Shown here: piece by piece, positions 38,672 to 49,415 of the stretch
How the letters are laid out: every line of letters starts with the position of its first letter
Numbering within the stretch: position 1 is the stretch's first letter
DNA from: an uncultured Nitrospiraceae bacterium
Lineage (GTDB): Bacteria; Nitrospirota; Nitrospiria; Nitrospirales; Nitrospiraceae
Reading direction: 5' to 3'
DNA: 64,000 bases
NCBI GenBank assembly: GCA_963706325.1
Contig: CAVPLT010000002.1
Location: forward strand, 179,748-243,747
Made by a program: the position numbers and the translations under genes
Notes under the pieces: model-generated
Told to the model about the DNA's origin: nothing
Database searches by the model: none
The model's input: only the letters and a program-made list of their open reading frames with translations

Positions 38672-39454
38672 ATGCGTAAGGTGTTGGCACTTGGAGCTGC
38701 GGTGCTTTTGGTCAGCTCCGTTGGTGTAGCAGGCGCTCAGGAGCGTTTGCCGCAGTCCTCATCAGGATCCGGATTCGGTGTCGGCACCGGAGTCGGAGAC
38801 GTTTCAGGTAACTCCGGTCGTACCGCCGCATTTGATCGGAACGCATTTATTGACCGGCTTGGTCAAGCTGAAACTGTGTTCGGTCGCGTTTTGGCCATCG
38901 ACGTGCCAGGCCACAAATTGCATTTAGAAACCGGCGGGAGTTCACACGACGAAGGTCGTGCGGGTACGGGCGCCATGTCGTCGTTGACGCTGTATTTCGA
39001 CGGGCAGACCAATATGGATCAAATCAAAGTACTCAATGCCGGCGACGATATTTCAGTGCAAGTGGTTGAAGTGCCCAACGAGAGAGCGGATGTTGGCGTG
39101 TATGGAAGCGGCCGCAAACTCGTCCGTGAAATCTACCTGTTCCGGGGTAACGAAAAGTTGGCAGGCTTTGGCGGCCTCGGGCAGCGCCCGGCCCCGATGA
39201 CTGAGCGTGGGATCGTGACGTCTTCAGGCACCGTTACCGGTGGATTGGTTGGTGGAGTGTTTCCCGGAACGGTGACGACTGGCGTGGTGACAACCAGCGT
39301 TGGCGAATTTACCGGGCAGGCACCTTGCTGGAACTGTGAACCTCAGCCAGGATGGGGTTATCAGACCGTGGCACCGGAAACCAAAGTTCAGAACAAATCG
39401 GACTATGGAACCGATAGCGCCAAGCCAAACCTGCAAAAGGGTTTGACCAATTAA
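38672..39454 (+). CDS. Secreted hypothetical protein (Gly/Thr-rich, CWNC motif)
   Basis: RBS TAAGGAGG; signal peptide MRKVLALGAAVLLVSSVGVAGA. Confidence 0.8.
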   Translation: MRKVLALGAAVLLVSSVGVAGAQERLPQSSSGSGFGVGTGVGDVSGNSGRTAAFDRNAFIDRLGQAETVFGRVLAIDVPGHKLHLETGGSSHDEGRAGTGAMSSLTLYFDGQTNMDQIKVLNAGDDISVQVVEVPNERADVGVYGSGRKLVREIYLFRGNEKLAGFGGLGQRPAPMTERGIVTSSGTVTGGLVGGVFPGTVTTGVVTTSVGEFTGQAPCWNCEPQPGWGYQTVAPETKVQNKSDYGTDSAKPNLQKGLTN

Positions 39455-39485
39455 GATGTAACGTTTCGTCAAGGTCTGGATCTTG

Positions 39486-39522
39486 AACGGGGTGCTTCGG
39501 AAGAAGCACCCCGTTTTCTTTT
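39486..39522 (+). terminator. Rho-independent terminator
   Basis: AACGGGGTGCTTC-GGAA-GAAGCACCCCGTT followed by TTCTTTT. Confidence 0.9.
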
Positions 39523-39627
39523 GACGAGGTGCGCCTGTGAGTTTATTGCAAGTCGGCCAGGCACTTGGTAAATTCTCATGCTCTCCCTTGTCACCAACCT
39601 AGCGCGTCATTAACAGGGAAATCTCAC

Positions 39628-39897
39628 ATGTCTGAACTGCCGTCGAATGTCCACTCACCGCAGGCTCCGGATGAAGAGTTAGATCTTCGCGGGGTCATTT
39701 GTCCGTACAATTTCGTGAAAACCAAACTGAAGCTCGAAACCATGTCCGCTGGGCAATTGCTGTTGGTTCACCTCGATGACGGCGATCCTATCCGCAATGT
39801 GCCACGCAGCGTCAGCGATGATGGCCATGATGTGCTGTCGCAGGAACGAGCTGACCATTCCTACCGAGTCATGATCAGGAAACGGATTGACGGCTAG
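39628..39897 (+). CDS. Sulfurtransferase TusA family protein
   Basis: LDLRGVICPYNFVKTKL. Confidence 0.88.
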   Translation: MSELPSNVHSPQAPDEELDLRGVICPYNFVKTKLKLETMSAGQLLLVHLDDGDPIRNVPRSVSDDGHDVLSQERADHSYRVMIRKRIDG

Positions 39898-39900
39898 TTA

Positions 39901-40650
39901 CTACCGCTTTACCTGCCCCTGCTTTCGTCCCGTTCGCGTACCCTCCACGATCAGGGTCACCTTCACAGGCCCATTTTCAAAGGGACAGTTGAATAGGATT
40001 TTTTGAACTCGTCCCCGTACGATTTGCTGCGTCTTGCAGGTGAGGTCAGCAGCCACGACGATTTGTCGGTTCCCCAAGATGACCAGTAGGAGTCTGAGAA
40101 TCTGTCGAAGCGCCTGTGCCGGCGGAAAGAAGATCATCGTGCGAGACTCAGCCTTCAGCGAGTCGAGTCGATGTTCGAGCTCACGAACGCCACCGGACCA
40201 CCGTCCTTCGAAGACGAACGCATCTCCGTCCATCCCAGCGACAGCAGCAGCAGTTACAACCGCGGAAGTGCCCGGGATGATTTCGATGGGAATGTCTGAG
40301 CGCGCTGCCGCGGTAATGAGCAGTCGCCCGGGATCATAGACGACGGGCATCCCACAGTCGGATACCAACGCAATGTCGGTTCCTTGTTTCAGTCGACCCA
40401 ACAAAATCGGCACCTTTTCAGCGGCATGGACTCGATCATATGTGGTCAACGTGGTATGAATGCCGTGATGAGTCAGCAGCGCCTGGGTCGCGCGAGGATT
40501 TTTGGTCGCAATCAGGCCTACGCGCTGAAATGTCGCGAGGGCGCGAATCGTCAGATCATCAGGATGTCCGATGGGGACGCCGACAATGAAAAGTGTCGCT
40601 CGCTGACTGCCTGATGAAACGCGCTTTCCTTGACTCTGTTCTGGTCGCAT
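39901..40650 (-). CDS. rsmI: 16S rRNA (cytidine1402-2'-O)-methyltransferase RsmI-like
   Basis: LFIVGVPIGHPDDLTIRA, ALVSDCGMP..DPG; divergent. Confidence 0.8.
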   Translation of the reverse strand: MRPEQSQGKRVSSGSQRATLFIVGVPIGHPDDLTIRALATFQRVGLIATKNPRATQALLTHHGIHTTLTTYDRVHAAEKVPILLGRLKQGTDIALVSDCGMPVVYDPGRLLITAAARSDIPIEIIPGTSAVVTAAAVAGMDGDAFVFEGRWSGGVRELEHRLDSLKAESRTMIFFPPAQALRQILRLLLVILGNRQIVVAADLTCKTQQIVRGRVQKILFNCPFENGPVKVTLIVEGTRTGRKQGQVKR

Positions 40651-40712
40651 CGATATAATTTCCAGTTCAGAAAGACCAGCTTTGCTCTGGAATGTTGCGA
40701 GGATAGGGCGAA

Positions 40713-41519
40713 ATGTCTTCAGTTTTTTTTCTACTCACGATAGGGCTCTATTTTGCGAGTACGGTTTGCTATCTGGCCTATTTGCTGCGGCGGGCTGAAA
40801 CCCTATCAAAGGTGTCGCTAGGAATTACCGCCGTAGGGTTCGCGACTCACACTGCGGCGCTGGCTGCCAGAATGGCGGATACCGGACCGACCCAGCTTCC
40901 CACGTTTCACGAAGCCCTGTCTTTTTTTTCCTGGATGCTCATTCTGGTGTTTCTCGCCGTCGAATTTCGCCGACAACTCCACGTCCTCGGTTCATTTATT
41001 GTTCCGCTTGCCCTTATATCCCTGGTGACCGCGGCCGCATTTCGCTCAGACGAGGCCTCGAGTCTCCAGCCCGTTTTCAAAACCCTCTGGGTCCACGTGA
41101 CGCTCAGCATGTTGGGCACGGTGGGGTTTGCGGTCGCATTTGTCGCGGGAGTGATGTATCTCATTCAGGATGGCCTTCTCAAGTCTAAGCGTTTCAATGT
41201 GCTCTATGCCAAACTGCCTGCGCTCGACTATCTTGATCACCTGAATCAACAGTCTATCGTGATGGGCTTTCCACTGCTGACGCTTGGGATCATCAGCGGC
41301 GCTTTTTCCGCGGAGATCGTTCGTGGCACCTATGTGAATTGGAACCCGGAACAGACGTGGGCTATGGTCACGTGGGGGTTCTACTTCGCCGTTCTCGTCG
41401 GTCGGCTCACCATCGGATGGCGCGCCAAACGAGCCGCGTATCTCACGATCATCGGTTTCGCCGGCGTGATCCTCACTCTCATTGGAGTGGTGCTGAAAAG
41501 TCACGGGTCGGTGTCCTGA
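40713..41519 (+). CDS. ccsA: Cytochrome c biogenesis protein CcsA-like
   Basis: Multi-TM, WVHV, GFPLLTLGIISG, WNPEQTW; upstream of hemA. Confidence 0.85.
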   Translation: MSSVFFLLTIGLYFASTVCYLAYLLRRAETLSKVSLGITAVGFATHTAALAARMADTGPTQLPTFHEALSFFSWMLILVFLAVEFRRQLHVLGSFIVPLALISLVTAAAFRSDEASSLQPVFKTLWVHVTLSMLGTVGFAVAFVAGVMYLIQDGLLKSKRFNVLYAKLPALDYLDHLNQQSIVMGFPLLTLGIISGAFSAEIVRGTYVNWNPEQTWAMVTWGFYFAVLVGRLTIGWRAKRAAYLTIIGFAGVILTLIGVVLKSHGSVS

Positions 41520-41520
41520 T

Positions 41521-42927
41521 ATGCATATCATCGTCGTCGGACTGAGCCACAAGACCGCGCCGGTTGAGATTCGCGAAAAACTCGCCGTGCCGGAAAGTCG
41601 GCTCAGAGAAGCGCTGAGTCGGCTCTGTGCCTATCCTGGGGTCCGCGAAGGTTTGCTCCTCTCGACATGCAATCGAGTGGAAGTGTATGCCGTTGTTGAG
41701 GGGCTAGAATCCGGCTATGGTCGAGTACAAGAATTTTTGGCTGATACCCACCTCTCCCTCTCCTCCGAGCATTTAACGCCGCATCTCTATTGGCATGCTG
41801 ACGATCGTGCCATCGGCCATCTCTTCCGGGTTGCCTCTAGTCTCGATTCGATGATCATCGGCGAGTCTCAGATTCTCGGGCAGATCAAAAATGCGTTCGA
41901 GGTTGCCTTGACGAACAAGGCCTCTGGCTTGCTCTTGAATAAAGTCGTGAAGAAAGCGATCTCGGTCGCGAAACGTGTGCGTACTGAAACCAAGATCGCG
42001 GAAACGGCCGTGTCTGTCAGTTATGCGGCCGTGGAGCTCGCCAAGAAAATTTTCTCCAACTTGACTGAGAAAACAGTGTTGTTGATTGGGGCTGGGGAGA
42101 TGGCCAAGTTGGCGGCGCGTCATTTAATCGCTAATGGGGTGCGGCAAGTCCGAATCACGACCCGTAATTTTCAGCACGGCTTGGAACTGGCTCAACGATT
42201 TAATGGAACTGCAGTGCCGTTTGATGACTATAAATCCGAATTGGCAGGTGCCGACATTGTGCTCGTGTCTACCGGCGCCTCGCACTACCTCATTGGCCCC
42301 GACGATGTTCAGCGCGCCATGAGGCAGCGAATGAGCCGACCGATGTTTTTGATCGACATCTCCGTGCCGCGTAATATTGATCCTGCCGTTCGACCGATCG
42401 ACGATGCCTTTCTCTTCGATATCGACGACCTACACATGCGCGTGGAACAAAACCGCGAGGATCGAATGCGGGAAGCGGCAAAAGCCGAGCAGATGGTCGT
42501 CGAAGAAGTTGCCGTTCTGGGACAGTGGCTCCAATCATTGGAGGTCACGCCGACCATTGTAGCCTTACGGAGCCGGTCAGAGGAGATCAAGCGTCGGGAA
42601 GTGGATAAAATCATGGCGCGTTTAGGACACCTATCAGCCGACGATCGCGCTGCTGTAGAGACAATGGCGTCCGCCATCATCAACAAGCTGGTGCATGGCA
42701 CGATGGTGACCTTGAAGGCCGAGGCGACCTCCGCTGATGGGGCGGCCTATGTGGATGCGGCGCGCCGGTTCTTTAACCTCGCATCGGCAACGACCGGATG
42801 CCCAGACGACCATGCAGAGGGCTCAGAAGAGCCGGAGAGAAGTACGGCAAGTAATGGGGCAGGCCGGCATGTTGATGTGCCATTGATACCGACCACGACC
42901 AAGGGACAAGGTCGACGTGTCAGCTAA
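41521..42927 (+). CDS. hemA: Glutamyl-tRNA reductase
   Basis: GLSHKTAPVEIRE, STCNRVE, GESQILGQ. Confidence 0.98.
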   Translation: MHIIVVGLSHKTAPVEIREKLAVPESRLREALSRLCAYPGVREGLLLSTCNRVEVYAVVEGLESGYGRVQEFLADTHLSLSSEHLTPHLYWHADDRAIGHLFRVASSLDSMIIGESQILGQIKNAFEVALTNKASGLLLNKVVKKAISVAKRVRTETKIAETAVSVSYAAVELAKKIFSNLTEKTVLLIGAGEMAKLAARHLIANGVRQVRITTRNFQHGLELAQRFNGTAVPFDDYKSELAGADIVLVSTGASHYLIGPDDVQRAMRQRMSRPMFLIDISVPRNIDPAVRPIDDAFLFDIDDLHMRVEQNREDRMREAAKAEQMVVEEVAVLGQWLQSLEVTPTIVALRSRSEEIKRREVDKIMARLGHLSADDRAAVETMASAIINKLVHGTMVTLKAEATSADGAAYVDAARRFFNLASATTGCPDDHAEGSEEPERSTASNGAGRHVDVPLIPTTTKGQGRRVS

Positions 42928-43016
42928 CGCCCTTCGGAAAGTCGAATGTTTATGACCCGACAAATCACCAGTTGTCCCCCGCATGCTATTGCTGAGCGAC
43001 CGAGTCGTACTCTGCT

Positions 43017-43949
43017 ATGAGTCGCTCGACTCTTATCCTAGGGACTCGTGGTAGCAAACTGGCCGTGCATCAAAGCCAATGGGTGCAGGCACGTCTTCAG
43101 GAATTGGCGCCGGGCCTTACGATATCCCTCACGCGCATCCAAACGTCAGGCGACAAGATTTTAGATGTCCCTCTAGCGAAAATCGGCGGCAAGGGCCTAT
43201 TCGTCAAGGAAATTGAAGACGCGTTGCTGAGCAACGAGATCGACCTCGCCGTGCATAGCATGAAAGATGTGCCGACGGCCTTGCCGGAGGGCCTTGAGAT
43301 CTTGTGCGTGCCTCCGCGCGAAGATCCGCGGGATGCTTTGATCACCCATGCTGGATGCCGGCTTGATCAGTTAAAACCGGGCGCTCGAATCGGCACCAGC
43401 AGTTTGCGCCGGCAAGCCCAACTTCTGCACTATCGGCCAGACTTCATCATTGAAATGCTTCGCGGCAATCTGGATACGCGCTTAAGAAAGCTTCACGACG
43501 GACAGTTCGATGCCATTGTGCTTGCGGCGGCGGGACTGCGGCGGCTTGCCTGGGAACAGGAAATCACGGAGTATTTGCCTGTAGACGTCAGCCTTCCTGC
43601 GATCGCCCAAGGGGCCCTTGGCATTGAAGCTCGCAGTGACGATACCTTCGTGCGCGAGCTGTTGGCTCGCTTCGAGCATCCCGCGACGCGCATCACCGTG
43701 ACGGCGGAACGCGCGCTGCTCCACCGTCTCGAAGGGGGTTGTCAGGTGCCCATCGCAGCGCATGCCGTCCTGGACGGAGATACCTTAAGGCTTGACGGGT
43801 TGGTGGCCAGCGTGGATGGTCGGCGCATCATTCGCCATCAGATCACGGGCGCGGCCGCTGAGGCCTTTCGACTCGGAACCACGCTGGCAGAACGCTTATT
43901 GGCGGATGGTGGCGATGTAATTCTCAAGGAAATCTACGGGCAGGCCTGA
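43017..43949 (+). CDS. hemC: Hydroxymethylbilane synthase
   Basis: GTRGSKLA, GGKGLFVKE, VHSMKD, EGGCQVP. Confidence 0.98.
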   Translation: MSRSTLILGTRGSKLAVHQSQWVQARLQELAPGLTISLTRIQTSGDKILDVPLAKIGGKGLFVKEIEDALLSNEIDLAVHSMKDVPTALPEGLEILCVPPREDPRDALITHAGCRLDQLKPGARIGTSSLRRQAQLLHYRPDFIIEMLRGNLDTRLRKLHDGQFDAIVLAAAGLRRLAWEQEITEYLPVDVSLPAIAQGALGIEARSDDTFVRELLARFEHPATRITVTAERALLHRLEGGCQVPIAAHAVLDGDTLRLDGLVASVDGRRIIRHQITGAAAEAFRLGTTLAERLLADGGDVILKEIYGQA

Positions 43950-43954
43950 TACCC

Positions 43955-45520
43955 ATGCTCATGCAGAAAGGCATAGTCTATTTGGTCGGCGCCGGCCCCG
44001 GAGATCCCAAGTTGCTGACGTTGCGCGGCAAGGAGTGTCTCGAGCAGGCCGATGTAGTCCTGTACGATTACCTCGCGAATGAAGCCCTACTGGGGCATGT
44101 TTCACCGCGAGCTGAACGTTTGTACGTGGGTCGCCGTGGCCGGGGGCAGTATCGAGATCAGTCGGAAATCAATCGATTGCTGATCGACCATGCTCAGGCA
44201 GGAAAGCGCGTCGTCCGTCTAAAAGGCGGCGATCCGTTTGTCTTCGGACGAGGCGGAGAAGAGGCGGAAGCGGTCGCGGCGGCCGGGCTGGAATTCGAAG
44301 TCGTGCCCGGGGTGACCGCTGCCGTGGCGGCCCCTGCCTATGCGGGCATTCCTGTGACCCATCGCACCTTGGCGTCTACCGTGACGTTCGTCACTGGGCA
44401 TGAAGATCCCACGAAAGATCGCAGCGTGGTCGAATGGCCGCGCTTGGCCACCGCGCAGGGTACGCTCGTATTTCTCATGGGCATGACAAATTTGCCGAAG
44501 ATTGTGCGATGCTTGCGTGCAGAAGGCAAGGCTGGCTCGACCCCCGCGGCAGTTATTCGATGGGGCACGCGCGCGTCCCAACAAACCGTCGTCGGAACCT
44601 TGGATGATATCGCGGAGAAAGCGGCTACGGCACACATGGAACCGCCCACGGTCATCGTCATCGGAGAAGTAGTGCGTCTCAGGGAACAGCTGAAATGGTT
44701 TGAGTGCCGACCTCTATTCGGAAAGCGTATCTTGGTGACGCGACCCAAACTACAGGCACCGGCATTCTCTGATCTGATTACAGCAGCCGGTGGGGAGGCG
44801 GTGGAATGCCCGACCATCGAGATCGTCCCTCCTGAAAACTGGGGTCCCCTCGATCGAGCGCTGGAACGGCTGCCGACCTACAATTGGCTGATCTTTACCA
44901 GTGTGAATGGGATTGCTCCATTCATGACTCGTCTGATGGAATCACAGCGTGATGTGCGCGCGTTGGCAGGTCTCACACTGTGTTGTATCGGGCCACGCAC
45001 AGCCGAGGCTCTGTCGGCTTATGGTCTGCATGCCGATGTGATTCCCGAGCAATTTCAGGCGGAAGGGATTCTCAACGCACTTGATGGAAGGCCGGTGCGC
45101 GGCATGAGCGTCTTGATTCCGCGCGCGCTGGTAGCGCGGGAAATCCTTCCGGAGCAATTGCGGACGCGCGGCGCCACGGTGGATGTCGTCCCAGTCTACC
45201 GAACGATACGTCCCGCGGTCGCGACAGAGCGCCTGATTGAGCAACTTCGGACACATGCCATCGACATCATCTCCTTCACCAGTTCGTCAACAGTACGGAA
45301 CTTCGTAGACTTGTTTTCTTCGCCGGATGAAATGGTGCGGCTAGTGGGAGATACCATCATTGCCTGTATCGGGCCCATTACAGCGGCGACCGCTCGTGAG
45401 GTCGGGCTCACCGTGCATGTGATGGCCGGCCAGAATACGATCCCGGCATTGGCAGACGCCATCGTGGGTTCCGTTGCAAATTCGATCAAAGCCCGGCCCG
45501 CTACTTCAGTACGCCCTTGA
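43955..45520 (+). CDS. cobA: Uroporphyrinogen-III C-methyltransferase / synthase fusion (CobA-HemD)
   Basis: GAGPGDP, RLKGGDPFVFGRGGEE; C-terminal FTSVNG and FTSSSTV. Confidence 0.95.
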   Translation: MLMQKGIVYLVGAGPGDPKLLTLRGKECLEQADVVLYDYLANEALLGHVSPRAERLYVGRRGRGQYRDQSEINRLLIDHAQAGKRVVRLKGGDPFVFGRGGEEAEAVAAAGLEFEVVPGVTAAVAAPAYAGIPVTHRTLASTVTFVTGHEDPTKDRSVVEWPRLATAQGTLVFLMGMTNLPKIVRCLRAEGKAGSTPAAVIRWGTRASQQTVVGTLDDIAEKAATAHMEPPTVIVIGEVVRLREQLKWFECRPLFGKRILVTRPKLQAPAFSDLITAAGGEAVECPTIEIVPPENWGPLDRALERLPTYNWLIFTSVNGIAPFMTRLMESQRDVRALAGLTLCCIGPRTAEALSAYGLHADVIPEQFQAEGILNALDGRPVRGMSVLIPRALVAREILPEQLRTRGATVDVVPVYRTIRPAVATERLIEQLRTHAIDIISFTSSSTVRNFVDLFSSPDEMVRLVGDTIIACIGPITAATAREVGLTVHVMAGQNTIPALADAIVGSVANSIKARPATSVRP

Positions 45521-45571
45521 GAGGAGGCCGTTGAGCGGAAATTCGCTCGTTACTTAGAAGGAGGACACTGC

Positions 45572-45964
45572 ATGGTTCCAGTTAAATCATTCATGGTTCC
45601 GAAGGACAAGTTCATCACCGTCGAGCGGGATATCGATGTGCGCACGGCCGGACGGCTCATGCGCGACCGTAATATCGGCAGCCTGTTCGTCACGAATAGC
45701 AAAGAGGTCATCGGCATTATCACGGACACGGACATGGTGCGGCGGGTCGTGGCCACCGGAGCTGACACGACCAAGACGACCGTCGAGCAGATTATGTCTG
45801 CGCCGCTCGTCAGCATAGAAGAACACAAGACGCTGCTGGATGCGAATGACCTGATGGCGCAGACCCATTTGCGACATCTTGGCGTGACGAAAGATGGCCA
45901 GCTGGTGGGAATGATTTCGGTACGCGACTTAGTAGTGTTTTTGACCAATCTTCCGAGGAAGTGA
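45572..45964 (+). CDS. CBS domain protein
   Basis: IGIITDTDM, VGMISVRDL; paralog of 21956-22390. Confidence 0.9.
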   Translation: MVPVKSFMVPKDKFITVERDIDVRTAGRLMRDRNIGSLFVTNSKEVIGIITDTDMVRRVVATGADTTKTTVEQIMSAPLVSIEEHKTLLDANDLMAQTHLRHLGVTKDGQLVGMISVRDLVVFLTNLPRK

Positions 45965-45970
45965 GCGAGC

Positions 45971-46954
45971 ATGGCCTTTCCAATTCAGCGCTTGCGTCGT
46001 TTGCGCGAGAAGGAACCGCTTCGGCGGATGGTGCGTGAAACGGCGTTGACGCCGAACGATTTTATCTATCCGGTCTTTGTGACTGAAGGGCAGGGGCGTC
46101 GCGAGCCGATCGCCTCGATGCCTGGGCAGTCGCGCTTGTCGATCGATCTCTTGGTGAAGGAGGCGCTCGAGGTTCAGGCTCTGGGCATTCCGGCCATGAT
46201 CTTCTTCGGAATTCCAGAGAAGAAAGACGAGCGGGGGAGTTCCGGCTTTGATCCGGACGGAATCGTGCAACGTGCGCTGCGCACGCTCAAGAAAGAGGTG
46301 CCGGACCTGGTGCTGATCACTGATGTCTGCATCGACGAGTATACGAGTCATGGTCATTGCGGCATCGTTCGTGAGGGCAAGATTCTCAATGACGAGACGC
46401 TGGATTGTCTCAGGACTATGGCCAAAACTCACGCGGAGGCGGGCGCCGACATGGTGGCACCGTCCGATATGATGGACGGGCGGGTAGCCGCGATCCGCGA
46501 CGAGTTGGATCGCGCCGGGTTTGTGGACATTCCTATCATGGCCTATGCGGCGAAATTCGCCTCCTGCTTCTATGCGCCTTTTCGTGACGCGGCCCATTCC
46601 AGCCCTCAATTTGGAGACCGGCAGTCCTATCAAATGGATCCGGCCAACAAACGCGAAGCCTTGCGGGAGATCGATCTGGATATCGAAGAGGGGGCCGACA
46701 TCATTATGGTGAAACCCGCCATGCCATATCTGGATGTGATCAGCGCCGCACGCGAACGAACGCTCCTGCCGATCGCCGCCTATCAGGTGAGCGGGGAATA
46801 CAGCATGATCAAAGCGGCCGCCCAAGCCGGATGGTTGGATGAGAACCGCGCCATGTTGGAATCGCTGTTGTCGATCAAGCGAGCCGGCGCCGAGATCATC
46901 CTGACGTATTTTGCAAAAGAGGCGGCCAAACTGTTGCGGTCACGGCACGTATGA
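45971..46954 (+). CDS. hemB: Porphobilinogen synthase
   Basis: [33 protein letters not shown]. Confidence 0.98.
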   Translation: MAFPIQRLRRLREKEPLRRMVRETALTPNDFIYPVFVTEGQGRREPIASMPGQSRLSIDLLVKEALEVQALGIPAMIFFGIPEKKDERGSSGFDPDGIVQRALRTLKKEVPDLVLITDVCIDEYTSHGHCGIVREGKILNDETLDCLRTMAKTHAEAGADMVAPSDMMDGRVAAIRDELDRAGFVDIPIMAYAAKFASCFYAPFRDAAHSSPQFGDRQSYQMDPANKREALREIDLDIEEGADIIMVKPAMPYLDVISAARERTLLPIAAYQVSGEYSMIKAAAQAGWLDENRAMLESLLSIKRAGAEIILTYFAKEAAKLLRSRHV

Positions 46955-47916
46955 AGATTTCTCGCGGCCTCACCCCCTCGACACACCGACCCTACGCCGC
47001 CGTCACCATCGGGAATTTTGATGGGCATCATCACGGTCACCGCGCCCTCCTAAAACAGGTTGTAGAGACGGCCCGTCGGGAGGCCGGTACGGCGCTGGTG
47101 CTGACCTTCGATCCCCATCCTGTCAAGATTCTGGCTCCGCATGTAAATCTCATGTTTTTGACCACACCCGAGGAGAAGCTGGCCCACTTCGAGGCAGCCG
47201 GCATTGATGAAGTGGTTTTTCTAGAGTTCACGCCGGGCTTTGCCTCGTTAAGCCCGGCCGAGTTTGCGAAGCAGGTGCTGTGTGACGGCATTGGCACGAG
47301 GGAACTCTATGTCGGAGAGCACTTTGCTTTTGGAAAAGGCCGAGTTGGGCGCATTGCCGACCTGTTTGAGTTCGGCGCCCGATTCGGATTCCGCGTCCAT
47401 GCGGTGTCCCCTGTCGTCATCGAGGGCGAGGTGGTCAGTTCTACTCGCATTCGCCAGCTCCTTCAGACGGGGGATCTGGGGAAAGCCTTCCGCTTTCTGG
47501 GGCGGCCGTACAGCATCGAGGGGGTGGTCATTCCAGGCGCGCACCGAGGCACTGAGCTCGGTTGGCCGACCGCCAATGTGCGCCTTCCTTCGGGACGCGT
47601 CACCCCACCAGACGGCGTGTATGCCGCGCAACTCATCTGGAATCATCGGACCTGGAATGCAGTAGTATACATCGGGACCAGGCCTACATTCGGGGCAGGC
47701 GAACGGTTGTTGGAAGTGTCGGTTCTCGACGAGCGGCTTGATCTCTACGGAGAATCGATTCGGGTGCAGCTCATCAGCTTTATCCGTGAGGATAAGGTCT
47801 TTGCTTCGGCGGAGGACCTCACGCGTCAGATTGCAGCGGATGTGGAAACGGCTCGGGCACAGCTTCGTGAGGCGGATGTGTCGAGCCCCTTCTCGACCAC
47901 GCTACCTCGGTCATGA
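46951..47916 (+). CDS. ribF: Bifunctional riboflavin kinase / FAD synthetase
   Basis: [31 protein letters not shown]. Confidence 0.95.
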   Translation: MKISRGLTPSTHRPYAAVTIGNFDGHHHGHRALLKQVVETARREAGTALVLTFDPHPVKILAPHVNLMFLTTPEEKLAHFEAAGIDEVVFLEFTPGFASLSPAEFAKQVLCDGIGTRELYVGEHFAFGKGRVGRIADLFEFGARFGFRVHAVSPVVIEGEVVSSTRIRQLLQTGDLGKAFRFLGRPYSIEGVVIPGAHRGTELGWPTANVRLPSGRVTPPDGVYAAQLIWNHRTWNAVVYIGTRPTFGAGERLLEVSVLDERLDLYGESIRVQLISFIREDKVFASAEDLTRQIAADVETARAQLREADVSSPFSTTLPRS

Positions 47917-47919
47917 GCC

Positions 47920-49413
47920 ATGAAGGTTTCTCCGACAGCCTTCCATCACCCGCTCCATAAGCAGGTCGCCAAGGCCATTCGTGCGCGAGGGCTGCTGCAA
48001 CCGGGACAGCACGTGTTGGTGGCCGTGTCCGGCGGACCCGATTCCGTTGCCTTGCTGTCAGTTCTGCACGCTCTTTCTCCGACTTGGGATCTTTCGCTGA
48101 CAGTGGTGCATTGTCACTACGGCCTGCGCGGCCATGAATCCGATGGCGATGCGCGGTTTGTCACGACGCTCTGCCGGCGGCTTGCCATTTCTTGCTTGGT
48201 CACACCCCTCAGCATGACTCACCGCGAGTCTAGGTCGTCCAGCTCGCTCCAAGAACGTGCGCGGGAGGCCCGCTATGGCTTGTTTCGTAAGCTGGCCGGT
48301 GATCTTGGGGCAGAGCGAGTGGCCCTTGGGCACAACGCGGACGATCAAGCCGAAACCGTGCTGCTGCGAATGTTACGCGGCGCCGGATTGCGCGGATTGG
48401 CCGGTATGCCGCACATTCGTGAGCGGTTCTTCGTGCGGCCACTCTTGAGTATCTCGCGCCATGAAATCCTGTCCTATCTGGAGACCGCGGAGTTGTCTTA
48501 TCGGACCGACTCCAGCAATGCCAAGCCCATCTATCTTCGTAATCGTGTGCGCCATGAACTCCTTCCGGTCGTGCAAGCGCTGGCTCCCGCGGCAATTCGG
48601 ATGTTGGCGCGCCAGGCCGATCTCTTGCGGGATGATGACCGTCTCCTGGACGCTCTGGCTGCCTGCAGGCTGAAGCGAATCATTCGGTTGCACGACTCCA
48701 CGACCTTAATGCTTGATCGTACGGCATTGCTTGAACAACCGGTTGCGCTGCAACGCCGAATGCTGCGACAGGCCCTGCAGGCGCTGTCGCCGTCATCCGG
48801 CACACCCCGAGGTGATCAGGTGATGTCATTGTTGGCGTCCCTGACTTCTTCCCGATCGGGAGGCGCCTGGAAGGTCGGCGCCGTGTCGGTTGCGTGTGAA
48901 CATCATCAGCTGCGGATGACTATTGCATCGCCGCCGAGCGAGCGCGCCCGTGAGGCCATTGCAGTGGAAGAGGGAGCGTCAAGCTGCTCGCACGAAGCGT
49001 TGACGATCACTTCCTTGCCATCAATGGCTTCGTGGCGCTTGACCGGGCAGTCGATTCGTATCCAGGCAGTGACCTGTGAACGGGGGCTGCTCCTGCTGAG
49101 ACGTAAATCGCCTATGGTGGCATTGCTGGATGCCGAGCAGTTGGCTTTGCCGTTGCAGATTCGGCCCTGGCGCTCGGGGGATTGGTTTTGCCCCACTGGC
49201 ATGAACGGGCGACGAAAGAAATTGCAAGATTACTTCACAGATGCAAAACTGGGTCGGTCTATGCGAGAACGGATGCCACTGGTGCTCTCGCATGGCAGCA
49301 TCGCCTGGATTGTTGGACAGCGAGTTGATGCACGATTCGCCGCCACCACCTCGACGACTCGGTTTATCGTGGCTCGTGTGAGGCCGTCTTCGCGACGGAA
49401 AGGAGCCTTCTAG
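47920..49413 (+). CDS. tilS: tRNA(Ile)-lysidine synthetase
   Basis: AVSGGPDS PP-loop, HNADDQAET, RNRVRH. Confidence 0.96.
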   Translation: MKVSPTAFHHPLHKQVAKAIRARGLLQPGQHVLVAVSGGPDSVALLSVLHALSPTWDLSLTVVHCHYGLRGHESDGDARFVTTLCRRLAISCLVTPLSMTHRESRSSSSLQERAREARYGLFRKLAGDLGAERVALGHNADDQAETVLLRMLRGAGLRGLAGMPHIRERFFVRPLLSISRHEILSYLETAELSYRTDSSNAKPIYLRNRVRHELLPVVQALAPAAIRMLARQADLLRDDDRLLDALAACRLKRIIRLHDSTTLMLDRTALLEQPVALQRRMLRQALQALSPSSGTPRGDQVMSLLASLTSSRSGGAWKVGAVSVACEHHQLRMTIASPPSERAREAIAVEEGASSCSHEALTITSLPSMASWRLTGQSIRIQAVTCERGLLLLRRKSPMVALLDAEQLALPLQIRPWRSGDWFCPTGMNGRRKKLQDYFTDAKLGRSMRERMPLVLSHGSIAWIVGQRVDARFAATTSTTRFIVARVRPSSRRKGAF

Positions 49414-49415
49414 GA

